Assembly (NCBI GenBank): GCA_002633005.1
Contig: NMRA01000078.1
Span: 1,029,508-1,093,507 of the forward strand
Length of the DNA stretch: 64,000 nucleotides
Direction: 5' to 3'
Source: Phoronis australis
Lineage: Eukaryota > Animalia > Phoronida
Below are positions 14,143-26,200 of the stretch, in pieces. Within the stretch, counting starts at the first letter, position 1, and each line of letters begins with the position of its first letter. The translations under genes and the position numbers were made by a program. The notes beneath the pieces are model-generated. The model saw only the letters and a program-made list of their open reading frames with translations, did no database searches and was not told where the DNA came from.

Positions 14143-15281
14143 TACAATTCATTATTGGTCGAGACCATGTTCTGTGTATGAAATCAGACATGGCACGACC
14201 AGTCAACTTGCTAAGTCAGATCACAGACAATAACGAGATGCGATTTCTTTGTAAGCCTATGAATTACATCTGTTTTTATCGAGGAAAGTTTGAGAGTAAT
14301 TTCATAACGATGAATGGTCAAAATCAAAAGTTTTTTTGTGGCGGAAGGTGGAAATTAAAACCATTTTCAGTGCCATTACAGAGGTATCAGGTGTAGTTTC
14401 AAGTTAATCGCTGGTGGTGACGTCATTAAAAAGTTACGCTGAGTGGAATCGAGTGCTGTCAGGGTCTGTGTTGGTATTAAATATTGATCAGTTGTGGATC
14501 AAATGAAAAACGACAGTCCTAATTATTATACTTAGATACAGCTGAGCTTGAATGTCAAATTCAATTCCTTCAACATGATTCCAGTTTAACAAGAAGAGCC
14601 TTGTCTGTGTCTGTTTTGTGGCAATGCCTGAGGCAGAGCCGTGGGGGGGGGGTTTGAGCGGGTTAACTAATTTTGTATTGCTACATTGGGGGAATACTAA
14701 GTAGTCCTGGGTGTCTGCACATTGTGAGATGGTAGTGACATCTGGTGGCATTGTTGAACCACTGCCTGCTAGTTATAGTAGTTCTTTCAATAGTCGTACA
14801 AAATTAGATGTAGTCTTTCGGTAGACTAGTGCAGATGAATGGGTAGGGACTATTAAGTGCACTTGTACATAAATACGGAGTTTATTTATTCCTTTAGTAC
14901 TCTGCACTCTAGTCCAATGCACTCTAGTCCAATGCCTAGTGTTGAAGAATTAGTTAGTGCATTACTGCGGACGACTTGTTGGTAATGATATCTTGTCTTA
15001 ATAACAAAACCGTTGGGAATATGTGACATGACATGCTTCCGAGATGGAAAGAAATCTTAATGTCTGTTGTCACTACTATGCTACAACACTAGACAGACTT
15101 GATTGATTAATTGATTGATTTTTCAATTGGCCTCAGAAGTAATGCAGTACCACACAATAAATATTAAATACTATTCTGAACAAAGACTGAGATGAACTTA
15201 AAGTAAGAATGACAAATAAGACCAAGGTACAAGTAAAAAATAACTAAAGGACAATCGATGTACGGATGATGCAAATAGGTA

Positions 15282-15457
15282 GAAATTCTTCAATTTGGGA
15301 AAAAAGTAGTTAGAAAAATTGCCATATTTCTATTTTTCAGAGGAGTTCCACTTTGTTCCAAATTTTGTTTGGTAAGCTACGCCATACAAACCATGTCAAA
15401 ATTGTCCTGAAAATTTATTTTTCTTGAGAAATTTGACAAAACGAAATTTCACATGTC
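15282..15457 (+). repeat. Interspersed repeat fragment shared with 60004-60216
   Basis: Shared blocks AATTCTT.AATTTGGGA, TTTCTATTTTTCAG, AAATTTTGTTTGGTAA, ATACAAACCAT and TTGAGAAATT in the same order. Confidence 0.6.
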
Positions 15458-16200
15458 CACTTGCTTCTAAAAGAGGGCAATGAAAAATTTTCTGCGTAAT
15501 AATAGCACTGGCAAAAATGGCTAACGTTGATTTCCCCACGATATCTGAAATGTGTTGAACTGAACTAATCTGAGAACTCGGCAAATTATTTGCTGCCCAA
15601 TGTGCTGTGCCATGTTTTAAGGGACTTTTGGTGATGGTCAGCAACAGTACTGTGCGACAGGCTTTAATTTTAACTTCTTGAGGGCATGCTCAAGATTTTG
15701 AGGGTTACTGAGTGTGTCATGCGTTACCTTTCTAATACATCTGGCAGCTTTGCTTTCAGTTGCAAACATTTGACATTGAAATCTTTAGTGTTTTGAGAGC
15801 ACAAACATGGCAGCCTCTTCACACAGTTACAAAGTGTGGTGTGTAAGAATAACCTTGTGGACTGGGACTAAATGTAGTTTGTTCATTCTTGGACGTGTTA
15901 GGAAAAATTTCTGCTACACAACAGTGAGAACTTAAAGGCATGACTTTTGCAAAGAGTATGATGAAAGAAATGTAAAATCGCACTGTATAAAATCCCAACT
16001 CAAGAACGCCGAATTGTGAACAGCACCTACTTCATTGCCATCTAGCAACAAAACGTATTGCATGTCGCCACCTTATAGTTAGACTGGCTTATTGAATTGC
16101 TGATAGATATTTTTGTGCTAGTAACATTGTCTTGCCCAAATGTACCAATTCTTGTTGTGGAATTTTTATTTAAACTACGCTGAATCCATCAGAGTTGCAT

Positions 16201-17987
16201 TTTTATGCGCCCACATATTTTATATGTGTACACATTATGCCGTCATCTCCGTCCTTTTGTCTGTCTGTCCTGTTTCTGTGCGGCGTTTGTCGGGCGTCCG
16301 GCATCCGATGCTCTATCACCAAAACCCTTTGATATACGTTCATGAAATTTGGCACATATGTTCCTTTCATGAATGGGACGACATGAGCAAACTTTTGGAC
16401 GGATCCGACTACTGGTGTGCCTCTTAGCGGCAATTTTTGTTTTTTACGCTTACCTAGTATATCTTCAAAGGACCTCTACCTATTTTCATAAAATTTGACA
16501 TTTAGGCATGTATTAGTGAGATGACGCTATCCTTTTGTTTTCGGATGGATTCGACGAAGTTTGCGCCACCTAGTGGCCATTTTCGCTGTTTTCGAATCTT
16601 ATTTTTTGGCATCCACCACTCTGTCAACCAAACCTCTCTAAGGATGATTGTTAAATTTGGCATATATGTTTTTACTATGAAAAGGACGGCTGGCGATGAT
16701 TTTCTGGTGATTTCGTCTACTGTGGCGCCTCCTAGTGGTAATTCTTTTTGCACCCATGGCTGTATCTCCTAAACCGTTGGCAGGATCTTTACTAAATTTA
16801 CCAAGTCTATTTATATGATGTTGACAATGGATGACGATGACTTTTGGATGCATCTGACTACCGGTGTGCCCCCTAGTGGTAGTTTAATTTTTTACGTTTA
16901 CCTCTGTATCTTCAAAGGTCCTCAACATATTGTCATAAAATGTGGCGTATCTATTAGTGAGATGACGCTTTCATCCCGTTTTTGGATGGATTTGACGTAG
17001 TTTGTGCTACCTATAGCCAGTTTTACTGTTTTTAGTCTGTTTTTTTGGCATCCAGCCCTCTATAAACCAAACGGCTCTAACGACTATTGTGAAAATTGGC
17101 ATGTATGTTCTCACTACAAAGCTGTCGATGATTTTTTGACGATTTTGACTACTGTGGTGCCTCCTAGTGGCAGTTTTGATTTTTTGCGCCCATGGCTGTA
17201 TCTCCTAAGCTGTTTACAGGATCTTTGCTAAATTTTGTAAGTGTATTTATGATATGTTCACAACAGATGACAACAACTTTCGGAAGGATTTGACTTCCAC
17301 TGTGTCCCCTAGTGGCAATTTTAGTTTATTAGGTTTACCTCTGTATCTTCAATGGTCCTCAACAGATTTTCAGAAAATTTGAATTTGTGCGTCTATTGAT
17401 GAGATGAGGCTATCCTCCTGTTTTCGGATGGAATCAACATACGTTGCGCCACCTAGTGGCCATTATTCCTGTTTTCGAGTCTGTTTTTTGGCGTCCATCC
17501 CTTGATCAACCAAACCATTCTAAGGATGTTTTGAAAATTTGCGTGTATGTTCTCAGTGTGAAGATGGCAGTTGACTATAACGTATTCAACTACTGTGGTG
17601 CCTCCCAGTGATAGTTTTGTTTTGTTTTGCGCCCATAGCTGCATCTCCTTAACACACTGCATGATCTTTATTAAATTTAGTAATTGTATTTATATGAAGC
17701 TAACATCAGACGACGTCTTTCAGGCCGATCCAATGAACGCTGTGCCCCATAGTGGCAATTTCATTTTTTCCGTTTGCCTTCGTTTCTCTGAAGTTCCTTG
17801 ACAAATTTTTATGAAATTTGGTAAATAGCTTTCTATTAAAAAAGCAATGCCCTTTTTTGTTTTCAGGTGGATTGGATGTTTTTGCGCCACCTAATGGCTG
17901 TTTTTATGAAACAAATAAACAACCGTAGAAGCACACCGTTTGCGGTGCATTCGTGGGCACATTTCAATGCTCACCGTTGCTCTTGTT
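16201..17987 (+). mobile_element. Helentron-associated non-autonomous element (HINE/DINE-1-like), copy 1, with internal higher-order tandem repeat
   Basis: Starts in a T-run with subTIR ATGCGCCCAC, (GTCC/GTCT)-type microsatellite, 3' GTGGGCACAT subTIR followed by a short hairpin and CTTGTT; internal units of about 147 bp arranged as a trimer of about 441 bp. Confidence 0.8.
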
Positions 17988-19769
17988 CGTTCAGTGTGCT
18001 AAACTAGTTTTTACCTGATGCAAGCATACAAAATTATTATTTAGGAAATGTATGTCTCTGCACTCAACCTATGTCATCGTTCCCAGACATTTTCCAACTC
18101 ATCAAGTGAATTGTGCAGTGTATGTGAAGCTTTCTGCTGGTCCAGAGTGAACATTTCTACAAGAGCAATTCTTTGACATATTGGATTGGGGTGACAAATT
18201 CTAATCTTTAAATGGGTAGCGCACCACAGGGGGGCTAGATAGGGCTATAGCCCCCCCACTTTTTTAGCGCTGCGCCACCCATGCTTAGTCCATGAATGAT
18301 GTCGGGTGCTTGTATTTACATGCTGAGATAAAAATGTTGTGGGCACTGAGTAGCGAGAATTTACTTTAAACTCCATTTGTCTAGTTCTATGGACATATAT
18401 ACTGAAGATTTTAAAGACGTTAGAATCGGGAAGATGTGTCTTTAATGTTTGACACTAAAGCTTGAACACCATATGCAAGCATGTTTCCAAAATTTCGTTT
18501 TAATTATGTCTGGTGTCTAGTGACCTATACCCCTATTTCTTGCCAATGGTCTGTCATTTCCATTGTTTTGATTTGATTAAAATGCTGTTCACACTTGGTG
18601 GTTCCAATAAGACCTTTAAAATGTCAAGCCTCTGCATAAAATGATGGTACAGCTATCTTTCTTCTGTCTTATAATAACATGGGCATCACAGTCTGACACA
18701 GACGCTTGTTTACTTGAAATAAATATACAGGGTCTACCAAAAATGTTCGCTAAAATTCTAAACTAGAACCACAGGATGGTTTATTGCAGACTATTGGTGC
18801 TTTTTTATTGCAGCGATCCCAGTTAGTTTTGCGGTGTTTTGAAATATCGGTGTTGAGTAACTTCAATTTTTTTGCTAGTTTGGCACCAAACTGAACCGTT
18901 CGTACCATTCCATTGCAGATATCAAAAAGCTGATGACAGACCATGTCTGCGTAAAAAGACCTGTGTCAATTTCTGTTTTTGGAAATAATGTTCGATATGA
19001 ACATAGTATGCCGTCTGTGAGAAGTCCTTGTTCTGCACAGCAATGACAGAATAAGCCGTGCCTAGGTTGAAAAATGCGCACGTGGTTTTGCTGCAATTAA
19101 TGCCACCTGTGACACCTTACCTAACGTCTGTGGTAAAAGAAACCTTGGTGTTCATGGATGGTGAAAAACACCTTCACTTCCCACTAAAGTCATTTCCCGG
19201 TATTCATATTTCTGAGTTAAGATTTTTGATACACCCTATACGTAACATTTTTGTCTTGTAGCTTAATGATTTGTCACCTGTCTCAAGTTGGCATTTTGGC
19301 TTTGTGCCAACCTTTTCAACAAGTTAATTAGCCATCAAAGGCGAATGGAACAAGTAAAAAGTGATATCCCAGGCCCTGGAGCAGCTTGCCAATTTCCGTG
19401 TCAATTACCAGAGTGTTCATTGTTCAACTGTAAAAGTTTATAAAGCATTAGAAGGACAAGTGTCAATATAATTTTGCTGTAAACTAGCAATTAGCACAAC
19501 TGCAGTGAACTGCATGTGGAACAAAGCCATCTCAATGTGCGGCATTGTGGGTAAAGCATTACAGAATCTGAGTGGCGCTTTGGTATTTCGGGGTATGTCT
19601 ACGGATTGGCATACGCAGCCCAGATAATATTCAGTATGCTAAGTCTAAGTATCACTTTCAAACATGGGCCAAACAAGCACTGGCATTATTAACCGCTTCT
19701 TTTGCAAGAAACTTAGGAAATGCTTGCATGGCTACCGCTTGCCAAATGTGACCATGTAGTTTTCAAGCT

Positions 19770-19855
19770 GCCAAATGTGAAACGAACTCGCCAAATGTGA
19801 AACGAACTCGCCAAATGTGAAACGAACTCGCCAAATGTGAAACGAACTCGCCAAA
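19770..19855. repeat. Minisatellite, 20-bp unit CCAAATGTGAAACGAACTCG x4
   Basis: Four identical units at 19771-19850 plus a partial unit. Confidence 0.95.
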
Positions 19856-20190
19856 AGGAAACCCCATGTGTGGCAGCCCCTATTGCAAAAGTTTTGTTTG
19901 TAGTATAAAAATAGTGACAAATTATGCGTTCAATGACCAACGCATTGTGTATGAGAAAAAATGCTATCAATTTAAGCTCGGAAACCACCACAAAGTTCAA
20001 AGCAAATTACAGTTGAATTGACATCTGTCCGACTTCTTCTGGCTTGGTTTCAGCTTGCAAAAAATGGTGACATCTTTGTGATTCAAGATTTTTACCAAGT
20101 CGCCAAACAAAATCACATTGTCAAGATACAGGTCACCAAATTGAGCCCTGATTGATGTTGTTTCATAGCCTTGCCTGTTCTTAATTACAG

Positions 20191-20245
20191 GTGACACCTC
20201 CAGGTAACATCAGTCACTGCGTTGTTTCTCAAGATTGCAAGAGAG
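20191..20245 (+). CDS. IL17R-like exon, N-terminal ectodomain (VTPPGNISHCVVSQDCKR)
   Basis: Acceptor ttaattacag|GTG, strong donor GAG|gtaagt; phase 0 to 1 fits next exon (G|CG=Ala); two Cys and an N-glycosylation sequon (NIS). Confidence 0.65.
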
Positions 20246-23200
20246 GTAAGTGTACAATTCATCACGATTTTGTATCTTTTTTGACTTTACCTTAATACCG
20301 TGTGATGCAATAACACTGAAGTCCATCTCATAGTCGCTGGGTGGAACTGGAGACCATCATCGGAGTTGTCAGTATGACTGGTTTTTGGAGGAACTTTGGC
20401 GATCATGACAAGAAAACAGAGAATTTTAGGTTTTTACGCTTTTCTACTTGTTGTTCAAAAGTAAAAAGTAACTGTGCAATTTGAAAAGTGTGTTAGATTT
20501 TCATGCTACCAATGAAAATTGTGATAGGTTTTCATGCTAACATTACTTTTACCTGTATCTCAAAAGCGACGACCAAATTGAGACCTGTAATTGTGTTGCA
20601 GGTCCACACTGTATGTAGTGCATTTAAGTTTTCTCACCATAGAAATGGTAATTTATGGCCTGCGTTCAGAATGCGTAAGGGCTTGGTGCCCTATCACATG
20701 CATGTGCAGTGCATATTATTGAGCCAAACCTAGGCCATGACAATCTGGCAACTGCAGTGGAGGTCAGTTCTGATCGAGAGTCACATACAGATGAGCTGGT
20801 TGAAAAGTTTGGAAATCATGATTGAAGGACTAAATTCTTAGTAATTGTAGGCGACATGTTATATTTCAAATCTGGATTGTCGGTGGGCTTAAGTGACAAA
20901 ATGTCGCTTAATGACTTTATTAACAAAAGAAAGAAGTTTTCAAGTTATGTTTGTCCGCCATCTTATGAGTAGAAATCTTTTGTTTTCGGTCTGAAACAGC
21001 AGTGTCGTAAGAACCAATCTCGTGGCGTTATATGTAAAGGTAAAATGGTATGTAGAATCTGAAGCTCTTTTTTTTCTTCATTATCTTGGATTTTTAGTTT
21101 ACACCAAACGGACGGTGTCAACCATAATCATAATAAAGGTTATTCAAATAATTGCCAAAAATGCCTTTTTCCCATTTTCATTTTTTCCATTTTCAAAATG
21201 TTTTCCATTTTCAAGAGCTTCTACTTACATTGCTGTGATCTCGCAATTGTTCAGAACTTTATCCAACGGCTGCTGTGGAACCAATCTTGAACAAGGAAAA
21301 GCATTTAACCATAATTATAACTATACTGTCTGGTAAATTTGCCTTCTTGCGCTAATCGCCATGACAACCTCAGACAACTTTGTTTTCGCATTTGATTCCG
21401 GGATCAACACATATGGTGCTTTGTCATTGAAGGCTAAATTGTGTCCCCTCTGCATATTTAATGTCTTAAATACCATTGATGGGTTTTTGTTTCTCACAAG
21501 GATGTGGTACTCCACTTCTTTTTGTGGAGTGTTTTTTTCTGTTTCCTGCATAACTGTGAATCACGTTAGGTAATGTATCCATGGCCTCGGGTTTTCACAA
21601 GATAATGCAAAAAATTAGTGCCCGACGCATGCCAATTTCACGTAAAACTGCCTTCATGTTTATAGTGGAAATCCATGAAGTTTTGTTATTTGTTAGAAAT
21701 GGCCTTGACCCACTAAAGGCTAAGTAATTCCCACTATGCATTTTTAGCTTCTTAAATGCATTAAGTGTTAAATGTTCATATTGTTCGTGAGAAAAAACGT
21801 GGTGGTCATGTTTTTTTAAAGAGTGCCTTTGCTCTCCGTGTACACTTCGGAATCACATTATACAACGAATCAATAGCCTTGGTTTGGTTTTCACAAGATA
21901 TTATAAGTACTGAAGCCAGACGCATGTGAGTTTCAGCAGAAACTAGTAGGGATCTGCAACGTAAAGTCACCCCTAACTTTTCAAAAATTTTGTTTTTAAA
22001 CACACATACTTGGCTTTTTAGATTTCCCACTTTAAACGCTCTTGCGTTAACCGCAAGATTACATTGCTTGTTTAGTCGAAATAACTTTTGTCTGTAATGA
22101 CGGGTAGTTAACGGTCGTCATGGTTACGGTAAGGTGTACCAGTATTTTTTGCTTGTACCTAAACGTGTTCTGTCATTTCCATAATATGTACACATTAAAG
22201 CACACTTCATCAATGTACAATACCGAGATATGAGTAATACAGATTTTTTTGCAATCACCATATTCTGAGTCAATGTAAGTATTTGTGTTTTGAGGCGTGG
22301 TAATATTAATTAATTAAATAAGTGTGATATCACTTTCCAACGCCCAGTGAGAGCACCTGGGGTGAGATACTTTAATGACCGTAATTTTTTTTTTTGTTAG
22401 CAAGAATTGCTTTGTGAGCAAAACCATGGGTCGGTTCTTTCTGTTCAGGGTGTTAAGTCAAGCAAAAGTGATACACAAGAGTCTTGGGGTATTTTAATGG
22501 GAGGTTCAACGAGGAGATGAAATTTTAGGCCATCTCAAAAATTTTCAATAATCTATTGAAAGATGTGGTTTTAGTGACAACTGCTGGGTTTTTGTTGTTC
22601 CAGAATCCAAAGTTAAGTTTTGCAATGTTGAGAAGTTGCTGCTGCAGCTATGATTCATGGTAGAGGAAAATTTTTTTAGTTTTGGCGTCAAACGCCGCCA
22701 GTTGCTCAGCTTCTGTGCCGATTTCAAGGATTTTTCAACGACGCCGGTGTTGTACAAGTCAAAAGTAATAAGACTAAATACCGTTTTCTCATTGTGACGG
22801 TTAATTCAATCTGTAAATAGCAAAAATGACTGGTAATAGCTGTTGCGGCAGCAAAAGTCTAATCACAGAATGGGTTTAAGCTGCCTTCAACTTGCCTGTT
22901 AATTCAGTCTTAGTCGTGAGAGAAAACTGTTCTGACGTTGAATTCGGATTCCTCCCAACTGTCGTGACAGGGAATTCTGGGTCATTTTGTTCAAATACTT
23001 TTGGCTCGTACTGTATTTCAAGGTGGAGAGCATCTGAAATTACAGTCTCGGTCTATGTTGTCTGCAATGGAAATTCTCCTTGATTTGAGGCCAGGTTGAG
23101 AAGTGCTTGTTGTATAGAGCATTAGATGGCAGAGAGACAGCTGTGTTATTTGAGTCTGCCGTGTCATTTTACGTAATGTCTATATACTGTATTCACAACT

Positions 23201-26200
23201 TACCTGGCGGCCATATTTAAAGCAATTTCCTGTATAGGGCTTCCGGTCAGCGTCGTACAATAACATGTGTTACTGTGTGTACATTGAAACTTGCGAAATT
23301 TGCCAAGATAACGGAAAATACGCCAGAAGGTGAACAGAAAAAGTATAGAAAATTAAGCAGTGGATAACATTGTGCGATGAAGGATTGCACTAACAATCGT
23401 AGGAAACTCTGGAAACTGGAGACTTGTGAATCTCACGGAGTTGTTCACGATGACTGTCCGTGCCCCCTGCTATACCAACTTCACCTGATTCCACAAGACA
23501 AAGATAAAAGGAGATTGTGGTTGTCAGCAACCAATCGAAATGATCCACCAAAATATATCTTTGTATGCTCTGAACATATTTTGGATAAACTGAGATTCCT
23601 GGAACATAAAAAACATGATTACCGTACTCATCCGAGTTACGCCCCATGCTCGACTTACTGCCCACCCCCGAAAATTTCAATTTTTCATAAGCGCCCATGC
23701 TCGGCTTACCGTCCACCCCCAATTTTTCATGATCGAGACTTCCGTAAAAGTATCAGTATGCTTCTGTGAAGGTTTGACGCACAAAATTAAGATTCCAAAA
23801 TGTTCGCAACTCGCTTACCTTTCGCTGACAATCAATCAGTTTTAGCGGAATCGGAACCTTTGCCTTACTATGGCGGTAACATATCTGTATTCTCATGCCC
23901 TTTACTGAAGGAAACACAATTATTTCCTTTGGCTCGCGTGCGGAACTCGTGTCGGCATGTACTGATCACTGAGACAACGCTTGTCCAATGTATTTCGTTT
24001 GCAGTTTAAGAACCAGCAAAGCAGTACCTGACACTGCTGATGTCAAGTCCGTGGACAACCTTTCTGTGATTCCCCGTGACAGTACACGAAACATAACACC
24101 ACCCTGAGCATTGAAATAAGAAAAGACATGATCCATTGTGACAAGCCAACTTGCCTTGCTTTTCCGGTCTTGGTTAAACGCATGTTTTTAATGACTTTCA
24201 CTCCAGAGTGACACCAAAATGAAAGCACCCAACCAAAGGCAAGTGCCCCAAAAATCAACTTGTTATTAGCCCAAGTCGAACATTCTGTCCACGTTCTATG
24301 CGGTCAAAATTTTATTTTTTTGAACATTTGATTTGCCTGATGACTTATTACAAGATGTGTTTTTGCTTCATTATTTTGGCAGCTCACCGAGTACCCTTTT
24401 GCCTAATAATAGTATGGTCCGATTGTTGAGCACTGCTTTGAACAACAGCAGTGTTGCCTTTGAGCTCAAAAAGAAATATAATGTATATAAAATGTTACAT
24501 TGTTCAAAGTATTCAATAAGAAGACCTGTCAATCATCAGCAGTGCTTGGTTGCCTAAGTTCAAGCAAATCTTTACACAATCAAGTGCTTCCCTTAAAATA
24601 CACCACGAACTACCGGAGTCTTGTTAGATCTGTCTTTTCTCTCAAGAAACTTGCTCTACTGAATGCATGCCTACCTGTAGGAATACCTCAGTTCTAAGAG
24701 ATAACCAGCAGCGAGGTACGTAAAAACCCAATCAGGCTCAGGATTGCGACGTCACTGTATCGTGTGCGTCAGCCGTCAAAGTCCGTTAGTTCAATCCCCC
24801 GACTTATATTTTAACTAGTATGATTGAAGTCCAACATCAGTGTAACTCCGTTTGGGTAAAATCGGTACTCCGTGCAGTAAGCAACAACTCACGACTTTTC
24901 AAAAATTTTGATTTTAACAGCCCATGCTTGGCTTACCACCCACCCCTGTTTTTTTAGATTCCCAATTTAAGCGCCCTGGGCGGTAACACTGATGAGTACG
25001 GTAGTTCCCAGCCAAAACCATTCTGATCAGTGTGTTCACATTTCAAAGTATCACTCGTGGACCCACTGTTTTCACACCTTAGAAAATATTAATGATGGTC
25101 ATGATTCTAGAGTTACCAAATGAATGGAAATTTCAGAACAGAAAGTCACATTCTAGTTCTGTGTGCTGAGCTATGAGCAATGACCGCATTTATGACTGCT
25201 ATTTTTTGGTGAATTGCCAAGACATTTGGAAAGTTAATGTGATAACATTTTGATGGTGTGGTGCTTTGCGCTATTTCATATAAATAACCAAAAAGGTTGA
25301 TTAACTAGGCAAAATATTAATTGTCCAAAAGGCAAAAAACTGACTACAAAAATTAGAATCAGAAGGGGCAAGAAGGCACAAAAGCAGACGAGCTGACAAC
25401 AAAACTTTGAAGAACAAAGCACAGTCATCAGGTTTAAATATCTGAATGCATTGCTTACCTTTTAAGAACTTTCATGTGAATGAGAGTTCTACTTTTCTAC
25501 TACACGCGTGCTAAAGTTTTCTGCAAGGTGAAGTGTACACATCCTGTAGTATGAGTTATCTCCCCTTGTATACACTGGTAAGTTTGGTGGACCAGTACCC
25601 CTCTAGCATCATTTACTCTGTCCTTTGTTTTCTACAGCGGCAAGCGTGTTCCGCCGTTTGCCCAATGCCTGGGACCATGCCTCCTTGCGTGGAATCAACG
25701 GATCGAGAACTGACCGCGTCTACCGTCTCAGTTTCTCATGGTTGCCTCCAGTTCTGGGCGAAGGTAACTATAACAGTCAGTGATGTGAAGTAACCTTTGA
25801 AGTGAGGCCAAAAAATAACAGAATTGTTTCTGGTCTGCATCCAACTCCTTTTGAAACCTTTGCCTCGCAACTCGCATCAGGGGACCCTGAGTGCGAAAGG
25901 GATTGTGCCACGCATTTCAGCTGACTAAGTGATGGTGAGGACAAAAAATAAATGAAATGTCCTTACCAATTTCAAGTGGCTTTATCTGATTGGACAAATA
26001 AAAATGAGTAACTCACAAATGTTGAAAAGGGAGACCAGAGTTATGCTGTTTTCTTTGGCCTGGGAATGTTGTGGATTTTGTAAAACTTGTCTTACTCGGA
26101 ACAGACTCAGGTAGAAGCATGTGCAAAAATAGTGCTCGGTACTAGCGGCATTTGTCTGATTTTTGGTTAGATTTCTGTGTCTGGCATTAGAGCTATGATT

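Noticed and set aside
16140-17801. Multiple short ORFs with repeated VPPSG/PLGG motifs (also 48899-49909)
   Set aside because: They are translations of the repeated CCCTAGTGG DNA motif in non-coding HINE units.
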